Assembly (NCBI GenBank): GCA_049679965.1
Contig: JBAUGX010000176.1
Span: 1,592-65,591, forward strand
Direction of reading: 5' to 3'
Length of the DNA stretch: 64,000 bases
From: Vicinamibacterales bacterium
GTDB taxonomy: Bacteria; Acidobacteriota; Vicinamibacteria; Vicinamibacterales; CAVVIG01
Below the pieces are notes generated by a model. That model saw only the letters and a program-made list of their open reading frames with translations, ran no database searches and was not told where the DNA came from. Both the position numbers and the translations under genes were made by a program. Shown here piece by piece: positions 35,536 to 45,756 of the stretch (positions are counted from its first letter, which is position 1; each line of letters opens with the position of its first letter).

Positions 35536-38427
35536 CTACCGCGCGAAGACCTCCGCGATTGGCGTCACCTTCACCTTGTCCGCAGCAATATTCAGTTTGA
35601 GCGCGCCGATCACCCGATCCTCGGCCAGGAGCGCCGGCGGTTTCTCACCTTCGTAACGCATCGGCGACGGCGCGTCGGCGACGAGGGCCTGCCTGAGTCC
35701 CGCGGCGTCCCTGGTGATCACGACGATGGAGAGATTGCGCGCGTCGAGGTGCCGCTTCACGGCCGCATTGACCTGCTCCACGGTCAGGTTCTGCAGCCCC
35801 TGGCGCATAAACCCGGCAAACTCACCGATCCCGTACCACGCGGAGTCCATCGCGTACCCGAGCTGCTGATCCTGGCGCGCCGTCATCACGTAGACGTTGT
35901 TCATCAGATAGTCGCGGGTCGCCTCGAAGTCGGCCTTCGTCAGGCCGTTTCGCACGAGCCTGTCGAGCTCGTAGATCGCGATCCGCAGCGTCATGTGCGC
36001 CTGGGCCGGCACGACCGGCCGAATCCAGATCTCGAAGATCTGCCGCTGGCGAGCCACGTTGGGGTCCGGAAAGGCCTGGAACATGCCGCGCGGGAACGCC
36101 TCGATGTAGGCGTAGTCGCCGTAATTGATGCCGCGCACCTCTCGGATGCGCTGGAACAACTGTCCCGACGCCGCGCGGTGCTCCCCGAGCCACGCACGCG
36201 CCACCGAGAGCGGCACGAAGTCCGGATGCGCCCTGGTCACCTGGATGGGAAAGCCGAAGGAGATCGCCGTCGCGCGAGTGTCCTTCTCCAGAATCTCCAC
36301 CTCGATGCCCGAGGGCCGCGCGCCCTCGACCGCCAGGCGCTGGGCCGCCGGGCCGGCGGGCAGCGCGGCGAAGCCGCCCTGCAGCGCGCGCACCATCTCG
36401 TCGGGCGCGTCGCCGTTCACGCCCAGCGTCAGGTTGGCCCGCGTGTACATCGTCCGCGCAAACTGCCTGACGTCCTCGAGGGTGATGGCGGCGAGTCCGG
36501 CGATGGTCCCGAGGGCCACGTGGCCGTACGGTGTGCCCCGGAAGATGTTGGCCTGCAACCGTTCCTTGCCCAGCTCCTCCTCGTTGCTCGACCGCAGGTC
36601 CTGCACGAGCGCGTTTTGCTGCGCTGTTTTCAACCGCCGGAAGTCCTCGTCTCGAAACCCCGGCTCGAGCAGCTGCGGCAGCACCGTGCCGAGAAATCTC
36701 GACCAGTGGTCGCGGTGGATGCTCGCCGTGAAGCTAGTCATCTCTTTGTCGACCCGCCCGACAAACGATCCCGCCATCGGGTAGAGCACGGCGTCAATTT
36801 GGTCGATCGTCATCGTGCGCGAGCCGGCCCTGGCGATCATGGCGGCGGTAAGCGCCGCCAATCCTTCCTTGCCCGCTGGATCGTGCGCCGAGCCAGCCGT
36901 AAACAGCAGCTTGATGTCGAGCTGCGGCAGCACCGACTTCTGAATGATGGCGCGCACGTCGGATGCCGACGCCGCCTGCGCCGGCCCGCCCGGCGCGACA
37001 GCAGCGGCTGGCCTGACTGAATCGAGCGACGGCGCTCGCGAGATCGAGGCCGGCAGTGGATCCTTCGACAGCGTCGCGACGATCAGGCCAGCGTCGGTGA
37101 AGTAGGCTCTCGCGGCGGCTTGGACGTCGGAGGGCGTCAGCGAGTCGAGCGTCCGGTAGTAATTGTTGACCGTCGCGTACGACCGTCGATACGACGCGTA
37201 GTTGGACACGACCGTCGCGATGCGCTCCGTGCTGTCGAGCGTTCGCGAAAACGAGTACCGATTGAAGGACTTGGCGTCCGCCAGCCGCGCCTCAGGCACG
37301 AGGGACCCGCGCGCCGCGGCGACGGTTCCAAGAATCTCGTCGCGCACGTAGGTCGCGTCGGCCGGACTCTTGATCCGAGCCAGCACCGTGAAGAGCGACG
37401 GATCGACGTTGACCGGGACGTCGGTTTCGAGCACGTCGACCTTCTGCTCGTTGACGACCAGCTTCTTGTACAGCTCGGAGGTCGGGCCGAAATACAACGC
37501 ACTCAAGATCTCGACCGCAGCCGAGTCTTTGCTCGACTCGACGAACGCCGGCCCTGGGAACGCGACAGTGACCCATGGCAGCGTCTCGCTCGTCCAGGGC
37601 ACATGCACGTAGAGCGGACCCTTCGGCGCCGGTTCCTTCGGGATGCCGGCAGTGGTCGAGGTCCCGGCCTTCCACGGGCCCCAGTACTTCTCGATGAGCG
37701 GCAGCACCTGCTCGGGCGTCACGTCGCCGGCGACGATCACCGTGGTGTATTGGGGCCGGTACCAGCGTTCGAAGAACAGTTTCGAGTACGCGTACTCGTT
37801 CGGCATGTTCTCGATGTCGCGGATGAAGCCCATCGTGGTGTGCTTGTAGGTGTGGGCCTGGTAAAAGCGGTCGCGCTGAACTTCGATGAGCTTCTGCAGA
37901 GGGTCGGCGCTGTTCTTGTTGTATTCGCCGAGAATGGCGCGCGCTTCGGTCTTGAAGTCGGCCTCCGAATACGAGAGATGCTGGAACATGTCCGCGTACA
38001 GCGCGACGATCCGTTCGAGATGCTCCTTGGCGAAGGTTGAGTAGTAATGCGTGCGGTCGTCGCCCGTGCTCGCGTTGTCGCGCGCCCCGGCCTTGCCCAT
38101 GATCTCCCGGTACTTCTCGGGCGGCGTGTCGGGCGTCCCGCGGAACATCAGGTGCTCGAAGAAGTGGGCGAAGCCCGACTTGCCCGGCTCCATCTCGTTA
38201 CGCGAACCCGCCTGCACCGGGATGTCGATGCTGACCAGGTTCGGAAAGCCCGTCGGGACGACGATGACCTTCAGGCCGTTTGGAAGGGTTCGCTCGGTGG
38301 CCCGAAACGGCAGGACGTCATCCTGCGCGGCGCCGCCTTGTGCCTGCGCACGCGGGGGCGCCTGCATCGCCAGACCGGCGATGAGGACCGCCGAAGCCAC
38401 CGCGGTCGCGAATCGAACCGAGCGCAT
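35536..38427 (-). CDS. Double-length M16 (pitrilysin/insulinase) family zinc peptidase, secreted
   Basis: Trimmed to ATG 38427, which is preceded by GGGGAGG. It has the signal peptide MRSVRFATAVASAVLIAGLA and the HFFEHLMFRGT (HxxEH) motif. Two M16 units make up one 963-aa protein. Confidence 0.88.
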   Translation of the reverse strand: MRSVRFATAVASAVLIAGLAMQAPPRAQAQGGAAQDDVLPFRATERTLPNGLKVIVVPTGFPNLVSIDIPVQAGSRNEMEPGKSGFAHFFEHLMFRGTPDTPPEKYREIMGKAGARDNASTGDDRTHYYSTFAKEHLERIVALYADMFQHLSYSEADFKTEARAILGEYNKNSADPLQKLIEVQRDRFYQAHTYKHTTMGFIRDIENMPNEYAYSKLFFERWYRPQYTTVIVAGDVTPEQVLPLIEKYWGPWKAGTSTTAGIPKEPAPKGPLYVHVPWTSETLPWVTVAFPGPAFVESSKDSAAVEILSALYFGPTSELYKKLVVNEQKVDVLETDVPVNVDPSLFTVLARIKSPADATYVRDEILGTVAAARGSLVPEARLADAKSFNRYSFSRTLDSTERIATVVSNYASYRRSYATVNNYYRTLDSLTPSDVQAAARAYFTDAGLIVATLSKDPLPASISRAPSLDSVRPAAAVAPGGPAQAASASDVRAIIQKSVLPQLDIKLLFTAGSAHDPAGKEGLAALTAAMIARAGSRTMTIDQIDAVLYPMAGSFVGRVDKEMTSFTASIHRDHWSRFLGTVLPQLLEPGFRDEDFRRLKTAQQNALVQDLRSSNEEELGKERLQANIFRGTPYGHVALGTIAGLAAITLEDVRQFARTMYTRANLTLGVNGDAPDEMVRALQGGFAALPAGPAAQRLAVEGARPSGIEVEILEKDTRATAISFGFPIQVTRAHPDFVPLSVARAWLGEHRAASGQLFQRIREVRGINYGDYAYIEAFPRGMFQAFPDPNVARQRQIFEIWIRPVVPAQAHMTLRIAIYELDRLVRNGLTKADFEATRDYLMNNVYVMTARQDQQLGYAMDSAWYGIGEFAGFMRQGLQNLTVEQVNAAVKRHLDARNLSIVVITRDAAGLRQALVADAPSPMRYEGEKPPALLAEDRVIGALKLNIAADKVKVTPIAEVFAR

Positions 38428-38468
38428 GCCAACCTCCCCAGCCACCAGCCGCCAGCCCCTAGTCCCCG

Positions 38469-39077
38469 CTATTTCTTGATCACCCTGCCGCTGCTGTTCA
38501 TTCGCGCCACATTCGCCTGGATGCGCTGCACGTAGGTGATCGTCTCCTGATGGCGCCATCGCGGAACCTCGGGCGCGACCGCCTGGATGCTGGGCCACTG
38601 CCGATGGTCCAGGGCGCGCCCTTCGGCGACCTTCTGCGCCCGCTGCAACGTCGAGAGTCCGGCATTGTAGCTGCCGAAGGTGAACTCCCACCGGTGCGCC
38701 GCGTCGGAGTCATTCTTCCAGGCCACCCAGAGCCGGCGGTCGTAGAAGATACCGGCCGCGATGTTCATGTCCGGATCGGTGACCGACTCGCCGATCTCGG
38801 GATTCTTCGACCGCACGTCCTGATACGTCGAGGGCATGAGCTGCATGATGCCGCGAGCGCCGACACGGCTCGTGGCGTCGGGGTTCAGACCGCTTTCGGT
38901 CATGCCTTGGGCTTTGAACAGGCGCCAGTCGATGCCGGGTCCAAAGAAGCGCTTGGCGTACTTGCGGAACGTGTCGTCGTGCCGGTCGGTGACGGCCGAC
39001 TGGGCCTCGACCGGGCCGGTGACGCAGAACGTCAACAGGATGCCAAGAACGACCGCCGGGGCGCGCCTACGCATCAT
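38469..39077 (-). CDS. Lytic transglycosylase (SLT domain)
   Basis: ATG 39077 gives a signal peptide. It has the catalytic MTESGLNP and GIMQLMPSTY blocks. Confidence 0.85.
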   Translation of the reverse strand: MMRRRAPAVVLGILLTFCVTGPVEAQSAVTDRHDDTFRKYAKRFFGPGIDWRLFKAQGMTESGLNPDATSRVGARGIMQLMPSTYQDVRSKNPEIGESVTDPDMNIAAGIFYDRRLWVAWKNDSDAAHRWEFTFGSYNAGLSTLQRAQKVAEGRALDHRQWPSIQAVAPEVPRWRHQETITYVQRIQANVARMNSSGRVIKK

Positions 39078-39093
39078 GTCAGACGAGCTCCAA

Positions 39094-39297
39094 TCAGTTG
39101 AGGGCGCCCCCGATGATGATGGCAATCGACAGGAACAACGCCGCGATGAAGATGGCCACGGCTACGTTACCCTTCTTCAGCTCGGCGGGAAAGTCGACCT
39201 GGGGCGTCAGTCGATCGATGACGCGATACGACGCGTACATCAGGACCACGCCGAGCGCGGCGTAGGCGAAGTTGAGAGCAACAATCTGCCATTCCAT
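39094..39297 (-). CDS. DUF350 small membrane protein
   Basis: 67 aa with two TM helices and a typical DUF350 sequence pattern. Confidence 0.75.
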   Translation of the reverse strand: MEWQIVALNFAYAALGVVLMYASYRVIDRLTPQVDFPAELKKGNVAVAIFIAALFLSIAIIIGGALN

Positions 39298-39379
39298 GGG
39301 AGTAGGGCCAGGGCCAGCGCGCCCGAGCCCTCAAACTATATCCAAGAAGACGCGCGCGCTCCACGGTAGACTATCGCCC

Positions 39380-39802
39380 ATGCGCCGCCCGCTCGCAGTG
39401 TCCTCGACACTCTGCGCCGGCCTGATCTGTGCCACCCTGGTCGTTCCCGCGCGCGCGGCCGACAGGCCCTGGCAGACCGGCAGGTGGACCGACATCAACG
39501 TCAAGCGTCAGATGTTCGACTTCGGTCCCGGCACAAGTCCGTTCGGACAGCCGGGGAGTGTGCCCACCATGCGGGCGATGGCCGACGTGCGCGTCTTCGT
39601 GATCGAGACCGACGACCTTCGCATCGAGATTCAGGACGTCGTGTCCGTCGGCCGCCGATCGGTCGACGCGGAAATCGGCGAGGCCGTCACGTTTGCGCTC
39701 GACAAGAACGCCATCTACATCAAGGGCGTGAACGGCATCGAGCACAAGCTGCGCGTGACCAAGAAGACGTCGAAGCCAAAACCATCGCCCCGGGCCGACT
39801 GA
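39380..39802 (+). CDS. Secreted hypothetical protein
   Basis: ATG 39380 gives the signal peptide MRRPLAVSSTLCAGLICATLVVPARA. I recognised no domain. Confidence 0.6.
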   Translation: MRRPLAVSSTLCAGLICATLVVPARAADRPWQTGRWTDINVKRQMFDFGPGTSPFGQPGSVPTMRAMADVRVFVIETDDLRIEIQDVVSVGRRSVDAEIGEAVTFALDKNAIYIKGVNGIEHKLRVTKKTSKPKPSPRAD

Positions 39803-39823
39803 GGCCGGACGCCGCATGCGGCG

Positions 39824-40570
39824 TCACGCTCCGCCCTGACACACAGTGCCGAAGTTGAATCCCCGCGCGCGAAGGGCAGGAACGAGCCGCGCGGTGGCGT
39901 CGACAGTCTGACGCTGGTCCTTGCGGGGCGCCGATTCATCGCCGTCGTGCATCACGATGATGTCGCCGGCCGAGACACGGTGGGCCAGCCGGCCGACGAT
40001 GCTGTCTGCCGTGCGGGCGCGAAACCAGTTCCAGTCCCACAGATTCCACCCCCATCCGACCAGCCGATAGTCGATCTCCCGCAGGCCCGCGTACATCTCG
40101 CCTCCCCGCCAGCCCGCATGCGGCCGAAACGCGCGGCAGGGCCGCGCACCCCCCAGCCGCTCGATGCGATCGGCGGCCTCCGTGAGCGTGCGCGCGAACT
40201 CCGCTGCAGAGAGCAGCATGTAGCCGCGGGTGGCCGAATGCAGCGCGACCGCATGCCCCTCGGTGAACATGCGCTGGATGATGGGCGCGGTCTCGTTCGT
40301 GACGTGCTGATCGATCAGAAAGAACGTCGCATGGGCGCCCTCACGCGCCAGCACGTCCAGCAAGTCCGGGGTCGTCGAGGGATTGGGACCATCGTCGAAG
40401 GTGAGATACACGGTGGGCGGATCGCCGCGCGGCATGTGCCACACGGCGCGATCGCCAGCCAAGGCATCAAGGACAAACGGTGCGGGAGCGGTGTGCGCCA
40501 GCGCCACAATGCCAATCCCCACGAGCACGACAATCCACATCAGGTGCGCCTCGGTCGCCGCATAGGTCAT
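39824..40570 (-). CDS. Polysaccharide deacetylase (NodB homology domain)
   Basis: ATG 40570 is preceded by a strong TAGGAGG SD. It has an N-terminal TM segment and the TFDDGPN motif. Confidence 0.85.
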   Translation of the reverse strand: MTYAATEAHLMWIVVLVGIGIVALAHTAPAPFVLDALAGDRAVWHMPRGDPPTVYLTFDDGPNPSTTPDLLDVLAREGAHATFFLIDQHVTNETAPIIQRMFTEGHAVALHSATRGYMLLSAAEFARTLTEAADRIERLGGARPCRAFRPHAGWRGGEMYAGLREIDYRLVGWGWNLWDWNWFRARTADSIVGRLAHRVSAGDIIVMHDGDESAPRKDQRQTVDATARLVPALRARGFNFGTVCQGGA

Positions 40571-40603
40571 CCTCCTATAAAGTGGGCAGGAGCGCATCCA
40601 CGC

Positions 40604-42301
40604 ATGTCCGCGAGCTCCTTCCGCGTGCTGGCCGACCTCGTCGTGGTCGTCCATGTCGCGTTCGTCGTCTTTGTGGCCCTGGGCGGCCTGCTGGCGCTGC
40701 GGTGGCGCCCGGTGGTGTGGCTGCACGTGCCAGCCGTCGTGTGGGGCGTCGCCATCGAGCTTGGCGGCTGGGTCTGCCCACTCACGCCGATCGAGCAGTA
40801 CCTGCGGCAGCACGCCGGGGCGACCGCCTATCAGGGCGACTTCATCGAGCGCTACCTCTTACCGCTGCTCTACCCTGCTCGACTGACCCGCGGACTTCAG
40901 GTATTCCTGGGACTGCTCGCCCTGTTGGTCAACGCGTTGGTCTACCGGTCCGTGCTCACGAGGCGCCTGAGAGCGGCGTCCCACGATACACTCACGCGAC
41001 CGTCACGCCCGATGCCGCCTGATCCGCCCGCCCACCTGCCGCCTCGATTGCTCATCGTGCTCTATTTCGGCGCCGCTCATCTCGCCCTCGCCCTGGCGTC
41101 GGCCGGCGTGGCCTTGGATCCCCGCGGAGTGTCAGGATTCTTCTATCACCCGTGGATGCTCGCCATCGTCCATCTGGTGACGCTCGGCTGGATTACGGCG
41201 TCGATTCTTGGCGCGATCTACATCGTCGGCCCGATCGCCCTGCGCCTGGAGCTGCCTGCCACGTGGGTGGATTACACGGCCTTCGGGCTCGTCCTCACCG
41301 GCATCGTCGGCATGGTGGCGCATTTCTGGATCGAGGAGTACCCGGGCATGGCGTGGTCGGCCGCGACGGTCGGCGCCGGCATCCTGCTCGTTGGCGCCCG
41401 CGTCGCCTCACGGATTCGCCTGGCCAATCTGCCCGCGGCTGTCAGCGCACACATCGCCCTTGCGTTCCTCAATGTGCTCGGCGCCGCGACGCTGGGCACA
41501 CTCATCGGGTTCGACAAGGTCTATCACTTTCTGCCGGGGTACGTGCTGACCAACGTGTTCGCGCACGCGCATCTGGCGGCCATCGGGTGGGCGTCGATGA
41601 TGGTGGTCGGCATCGGCTACCGTTTGCTGCCCATGGTGCTGCCGGCTGAGATGCCGAGCGGACCGCGGTTGTGGACAAGTGCTGTCTGCCTTCAGATCGG
41701 TGTCTCGGGGCTTTTCGTGACGCTGCTGCTCCGCCATCCAATCGTCTGGCTGTTCGCACTCGTCATCGTCGGAGGATTTGGCGCGTTTCTGTCTCAAGTT
41801 CTCTGGATGCTGCGACACCGGCGCCCAAAGCCGTCCGGTCTGCGCACGCCTGATCCGGCCGTCCTGCACGCGGCCGCGTCGCTTGCCTCTCTGGCGATCG
41901 CCTCGGCTCTTGGCGTGTGGCTGACCATCGCGGAGCCGTCTTCGACGACCTTGCGCGCCGCGACCGCCTACGGCGTGTTCGGCCTCGTCGGGTTTCTTGC
42001 TCAGATGATCGTCGGGATGGAAGGCCGGCTGCTGCCGATCTTCGCGTCGTATTGGGCGTACGCCAACACCGGCCACAAAGGGCCGGTGCCCTCACCCCAT
42101 GGCATGGCGTGGCGCGGCGGACAACTGGTCGTGTTCGCGCTGTGGCTGGTCGCCGTGCCGGCGCTCGCCGCAGGACTCGCCTTCGAGATCGTGCCGCTCG
42201 TCGGCGTCGGCGCGTGGTGTCTGTTGACGGCCACCGTGATCAACGGCGTCAACGTCGCGAAGATACTCCGGCACGCCTTCGACACGCGCGCGTCGGGTTA
42301 G
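40604..42301 (+). CDS. Fusion of a DUF2784 domain with a polytopic His-rich membrane protein
   Basis: The track ORF 39947-42301 is trimmed to ATG 40604. The first ~120 aa match the DUF2784 pattern (CPLTPIEQYLR). The frame continues without a stop into ~440 aa of TM helices (HPWMLAIVHLVTLGW, FAHAHLAAIGW). There is an internal in-frame ATG at 41012. Confidence 0.7.
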   Translation: MSASSFRVLADLVVVVHVAFVVFVALGGLLALRWRPVVWLHVPAVVWGVAIELGGWVCPLTPIEQYLRQHAGATAYQGDFIERYLLPLLYPARLTRGLQVFLGLLALLVNALVYRSVLTRRLRAASHDTLTRPSRPMPPDPPAHLPPRLLIVLYFGAAHLALALASAGVALDPRGVSGFFYHPWMLAIVHLVTLGWITASILGAIYIVGPIALRLELPATWVDYTAFGLVLTGIVGMVAHFWIEEYPGMAWSAATVGAGILLVGARVASRIRLANLPAAVSAHIALAFLNVLGAATLGTLIGFDKVYHFLPGYVLTNVFAHAHLAAIGWASMMVVGIGYRLLPMVLPAEMPSGPRLWTSAVCLQIGVSGLFVTLLLRHPIVWLFALVIVGGFGAFLSQVLWMLRHRRPKPSGLRTPDPAVLHAAASLASLAIASALGVWLTIAEPSSTTLRAATAYGVFGLVGFLAQMIVGMEGRLLPIFASYWAYANTGHKGPVPSPHGMAWRGGQLVVFALWLVAVPALAAGLAFEIVPLVGVGAWCLLTATVINGVNVAKILRHAFDTRASG

Positions 42302-42314
42302 GCCGCCCGTACCG

Positions 42315-43268
42315 TCAACACCTGCGCAGGATGCACACGAGCTGCCCTTGCGATGGTCCGACATCGACCAGCTCGAAGCTGCGGCCCTCATAGGTGTGCT
42401 CGTCGAGAATCCAGACGATGCGGCCGTCCACGCGCAGCACACCGAGCGCGTAGGTCTGCGCGGTCACGCCGTCGGCGGCATTCCCAACACTCGCGTCCAC
42501 TTTCATCAGCGCCGCACCGTTACCCGACACCGCCGCCACGAACCAGCCTTTGATAAACGTGCTTCCCGTGGCGTCGTCGTTGCTGTAGTCCTTCTGAGCC
42601 GCGAAGTAGTACCAGTCGTTCCCGGCGTACCGATACCGCCACATGTTGTCGAGGTCGACAGCGGTTCGCGACCGTTGACTCGCCGATGGCAGAAAGCTGC
42701 CTGTTGCCGAGGCCTCGACGCGTTCGGCCTCGAGCGCCTGTGCCAACTCGACAATCAGGCTCCCGACGCGGCGGCTCGGAGGATCCGGCAGATGCTGGAC
42801 GGTTTCAACCCGCTCGACCGCCAGGCTTCCCATCACCGCGATCCCGATGAAGTCTGTCGGCCGCCGGGCGCGCGCGTTGGCGGGCGCGTCCGTGCGAAAT
42901 CCCTCCTGGTCTGCGCAGACAGAGGCGTCGTCGAGGAGGGCTGGGCCCTGCAGTGCGAGAGGGCGAGGGACAACATTGGCATCGAACGGGACGAAGGTCC
43001 ATCCAGCCCGCGGCAGGCTGGCAGCCTCTCTGGTCAGTTTCAGCGGCACGCCGGGTTCGGCGCTTTCGGTCAAGGATCTCCAGGCACCTTGACTGCGTAC
43101 GGCGACCGGCATCAGCAGGCCACCTTCACAGACGACGCCGACCGCGGCGAGTGCGGCCGCCTGACCGGCGGCGGGCGCGACACCTCTCCCCTGCTCGCGC
43201 GCAAGAGCAACGGCCGTGGTCAGTGCCACCGCCAGCGCGGCAGCGCTGATCTTCCGGGTGATAGCCAC
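42315..43268 (-). CDS. Secreted hypothetical protein
   Basis: 317 aa with the signal peptide MAITRKISAAALAVALTTAVALA. I recognised no domain. Confidence 0.6.
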   Translation of the reverse strand: MAITRKISAAALAVALTTAVALAREQGRGVAPAAGQAAALAAVGVVCEGGLLMPVAVRSQGAWRSLTESAEPGVPLKLTREAASLPRAGWTFVPFDANVVPRPLALQGPALLDDASVCADQEGFRTDAPANARARRPTDFIGIAVMGSLAVERVETVQHLPDPPSRRVGSLIVELAQALEAERVEASATGSFLPSASQRSRTAVDLDNMWRYRYAGNDWYYFAAQKDYSNDDATGSTFIKGWFVAAVSGNGAALMKVDASVGNAADGVTAQTYALGVLRVDGRIVWILDEHTYEGRSFELVDVGPSQGQLVCILRRC

Positions 43269-43329
43269 GCGCGAATTATAGCCGCTCGAGGCAAGCCCTT
43301 TCGGGCCCTCTGGTGTCTAACTCCCTACC

Positions 43330-44481
43330 GTGCACATGTCACTTGACTCTGTCCCGATGGCCACCATAATCGGGCAGGAACGCGAAGTGCCTGTCGCGAT
43401 ACGTCGTTCGGCCGCTCCAGCCGGCATGGCGCTTCTGGTCGGCATGCTGGCGTGCGGAGGCCCGCCCTCCGCCAGTGTTCAGCCCGCGCAATCGACATCA
43501 GCCGTATCAACCGTATCGACCGTACCGGGCGCCGCCGCCCCGTCTCTTCGACTCACCGGGACCGTGGAGGCGGTTCAGATTCGGACCGTTTCCGTCCCGC
43601 GGCTCCTCGGACCGCAGACCCCGCTCCTCATCATCGGTCTCGTGCCGGCCGGCACGCGCGTCGAGCCCGGCGAGGTCCTCGTCGAGTTCGATCCGCAGCA
43701 GCAGGAGAGAAACGCCTTCGACCGTCGCGCCGAGGTCGTGAACCTTGACGGCACGATCGCCAAGAAGGAAGCCGAGCAGGCGGCCAACGAGGCGAAAGAC
43801 AGGACGGAGCTGACCGCTGCCGAGAACGACGTGGCGCGCGCGCGCCTGGACGTGCGCAAGAACGAGCTGCTGCCGAGAAACGACGCCGAGAAGAACACGC
43901 TCGCCCTTCAACAGGCGACTGCGCGCTTCGAGCAGCTGAAGCTGACCTTTGATCTGAAACGCACGGCCGCGGCGGCCGAGCGTCGCATCCTCGAGATTCA
44001 ACGCGAACGTGCCGAGCGCGCCCTCCGCCAGGCGGTGCAGAACGCCGCGCTCATGTTGGGCAAGGCGCCCTTCGGCGGGCTGGTCGTCATCAAGCGCACG
44101 TTCCGGAACGGCACCTTCGTCGAAATCGCCGAAGGCGACGAGGTCCGCCCCAACACGCCCATCCTCGACATCGTCGATACGTCCGTGATGCGCGTCCGCG
44201 TGCGCCTCAACCAGGCCGATGCACAGCTGGTCCGGGCCGGGCAGCGCGCCAGCATTGGCCTCGACGGATTTCCGGATCTCACATTTGCTGGAAAGGTGGC
44301 GCAAGTGACGCCGCTCGCCTCGCGCAGCCAGCTCTCGAACACCGTTCGGTCGTTTGTCGCCCTGGTCTCAATCGACGGCACCCACCCGCAGCTGCTTCCG
44401 GATCTGACAGCATCGGTGGACATCGTTCCCGACGGAGCGCCCGGCATTCGCGTTCAGGCGTCGCTCGAGGGAGGCCGCTAG
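43330..44481 (+). CDS. HlyD/MacA-type periplasmic adaptor (membrane fusion protein) 1
   Basis: Organised as biotinyl-lipoyl-like, coiled-coil hairpin and beta-barrel regions. The start is uncertain (GTG 43330, ATG 43357 or later). Confidence 0.8.
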   Translation: MHMSLDSVPMATIIGQEREVPVAIRRSAAPAGMALLVGMLACGGPPSASVQPAQSTSAVSTVSTVPGAAAPSLRLTGTVEAVQIRTVSVPRLLGPQTPLLIIGLVPAGTRVEPGEVLVEFDPQQQERNAFDRRAEVVNLDGTIAKKEAEQAANEAKDRTELTAAENDVARARLDVRKNELLPRNDAEKNTLALQQATARFEQLKLTFDLKRTAAAAERRILEIQRERAERALRQAVQNAALMLGKAPFGGLVVIKRTFRNGTFVEIAEGDEVRPNTPILDIVDTSVMRVRVRLNQADAQLVRAGQRASIGLDGFPDLTFAGKVAQVTPLASRSQLSNTVRSFVALVSIDGTHPQLLPDLTASVDIVPDGAPGIRVQASLEGGR

Positions 44482-45728
44482 TGCGCCGACTCGTCGTGGC
44501 CATCGTCGTGGTCCTGGCCGGTGGGCTGACGGCGTACGCCTTCTACGCCTACACCGGCGACGCGACCGGCGGCACCGCCACCGTCGCCGTCACCCGCGGC
44601 GACTACTCGGACATCGTCGAAATCCGCGGTCAGATACAGCCCGTCAAGTCCATTTACGTGACGGCGCCGCTCAGCGCCGGCGAGCTGCAGATCATGAAGA
44701 TGGCGGCCAACGGCACGGCCGTGAAAGCAGGCGACGTGGTGGCGGAGTTCGACGCCGTCACGCTGAGGCGGACCATCCAGGAAAAACAGGTGGAGTTGCG
44801 GAGCGTGACGGCCGAGCAGCAGCAAGGCCAGGCTCAGTCATCCATCACGGCGGAAGAGCGGAAAGCCGCAGTCCAGAAGGCCGAGTTCGACGTGCTCAAG
44901 GCCAGACTCGGTCTGGGCGAGATTGGACTCATCGCCGCCATCGACGCCGAAAAGGCCAAGCTGGCGGTGGCTGACGCCGAACAGCGGCTTCGCGAGGCGC
45001 AGGCCTCCGTCAATTCCGCCACCGCCGACGCCACGGCGGATCGCAACATGCGCCAGCGGAAGATCGAGAAGACCACGCAGGATCTCGAGCTCGCCCAGCG
45101 GCAGGTCGCCGCCCTGAGCGTGACGGCACCCACCGCCGGTACGGTGAGCATCCTGCCCAACAACCGCGTGCAGTCGCCCAATGGCGTGGCCCAGGAATAC
45201 CGCGCCGGCGACCGCGCGTTTCCCGGGGCCGTTATTCTGGAGCTTCCGGACCTCTCCTCCGTGTACCTCACGGCGCGGATTGACGAATCGGATCGGGGCA
45301 AGCTGAAGCTCGAACAAACCGCGGCCATTCGCGTGGATGCGATCGCCGACCGCGACTACCAGGCCGGCGTCAGCGACATCTCGGTGCTCGCGCGCACGGA
45401 CTTCCAAAGCGGGTGGCCGCCGCCCAAGCAGTTCGACCTGAAGCTGTCGCTCAGGGACCCTGATGCCCGCCTGCGGCCGGGTATGAGCGCGACGGCGCGG
45501 ATTACTGTAGGCAAGCTCCCAGGCGTGCTGCTCGTCCCGTCGGCGTCCATCTTCTATGAAGAGGGCAAGACGGTCGTCTACCGCCTGGCGCGCCGCGGAT
45601 TCGAGTCGGTGCCGGTCGACGTCCTCCGCCGCGGGCGCGAGCAGGCCGCGATTTCCGGCGACATCAAAGAGGGCGACCGAATCGCCAGCAAGAGGCCCGG
45701 CGATTCGGACGCTGGGGTAAAGAAGTAG
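44481..45728 (+). CDS. HlyD/MacA-type periplasmic adaptor 2
   Basis: GTG 44481 overlaps the upstream TAG by 1 nt. It has an N-terminal TM segment and a long coiled coil. Confidence 0.8.
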   Translation: MRRLVVAIVVVLAGGLTAYAFYAYTGDATGGTATVAVTRGDYSDIVEIRGQIQPVKSIYVTAPLSAGELQIMKMAANGTAVKAGDVVAEFDAVTLRRTIQEKQVELRSVTAEQQQGQAQSSITAEERKAAVQKAEFDVLKARLGLGEIGLIAAIDAEKAKLAVADAEQRLREAQASVNSATADATADRNMRQRKIEKTTQDLELAQRQVAALSVTAPTAGTVSILPNNRVQSPNGVAQEYRAGDRAFPGAVILELPDLSSVYLTARIDESDRGKLKLEQTAAIRVDAIADRDYQAGVSDISVLARTDFQSGWPPPKQFDLKLSLRDPDARLRPGMSATARITVGKLPGVLLVPSASIFYEEGKTVVYRLARRGFESVPVDVLRRGREQAAISGDIKEGDRIASKRPGDSDAGVKK

Positions 45729-45735
45729 CTGACCT

Positions 45736-45756
45736 CAGACTTGAGCCTTGAGACTT
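45736..45756. repeat. Three tandem heptamers CAGACTT-GAGCCTT-GAGACTT
   Basis: Read directly between the adaptor-2 stop (45728) and the adaptor-3 start (45762). Confidence 0.6.

Noticed and set aside
39947-40603. N-terminal 219 aa of track ORF 39947-42301.
   Set aside because: It is antisense to the polysaccharide deacetylase gene, which has a strong TAGGAGG SD and a TFDDGP motif. The recognisable DUF2784 sequence starts at ATG 40604.
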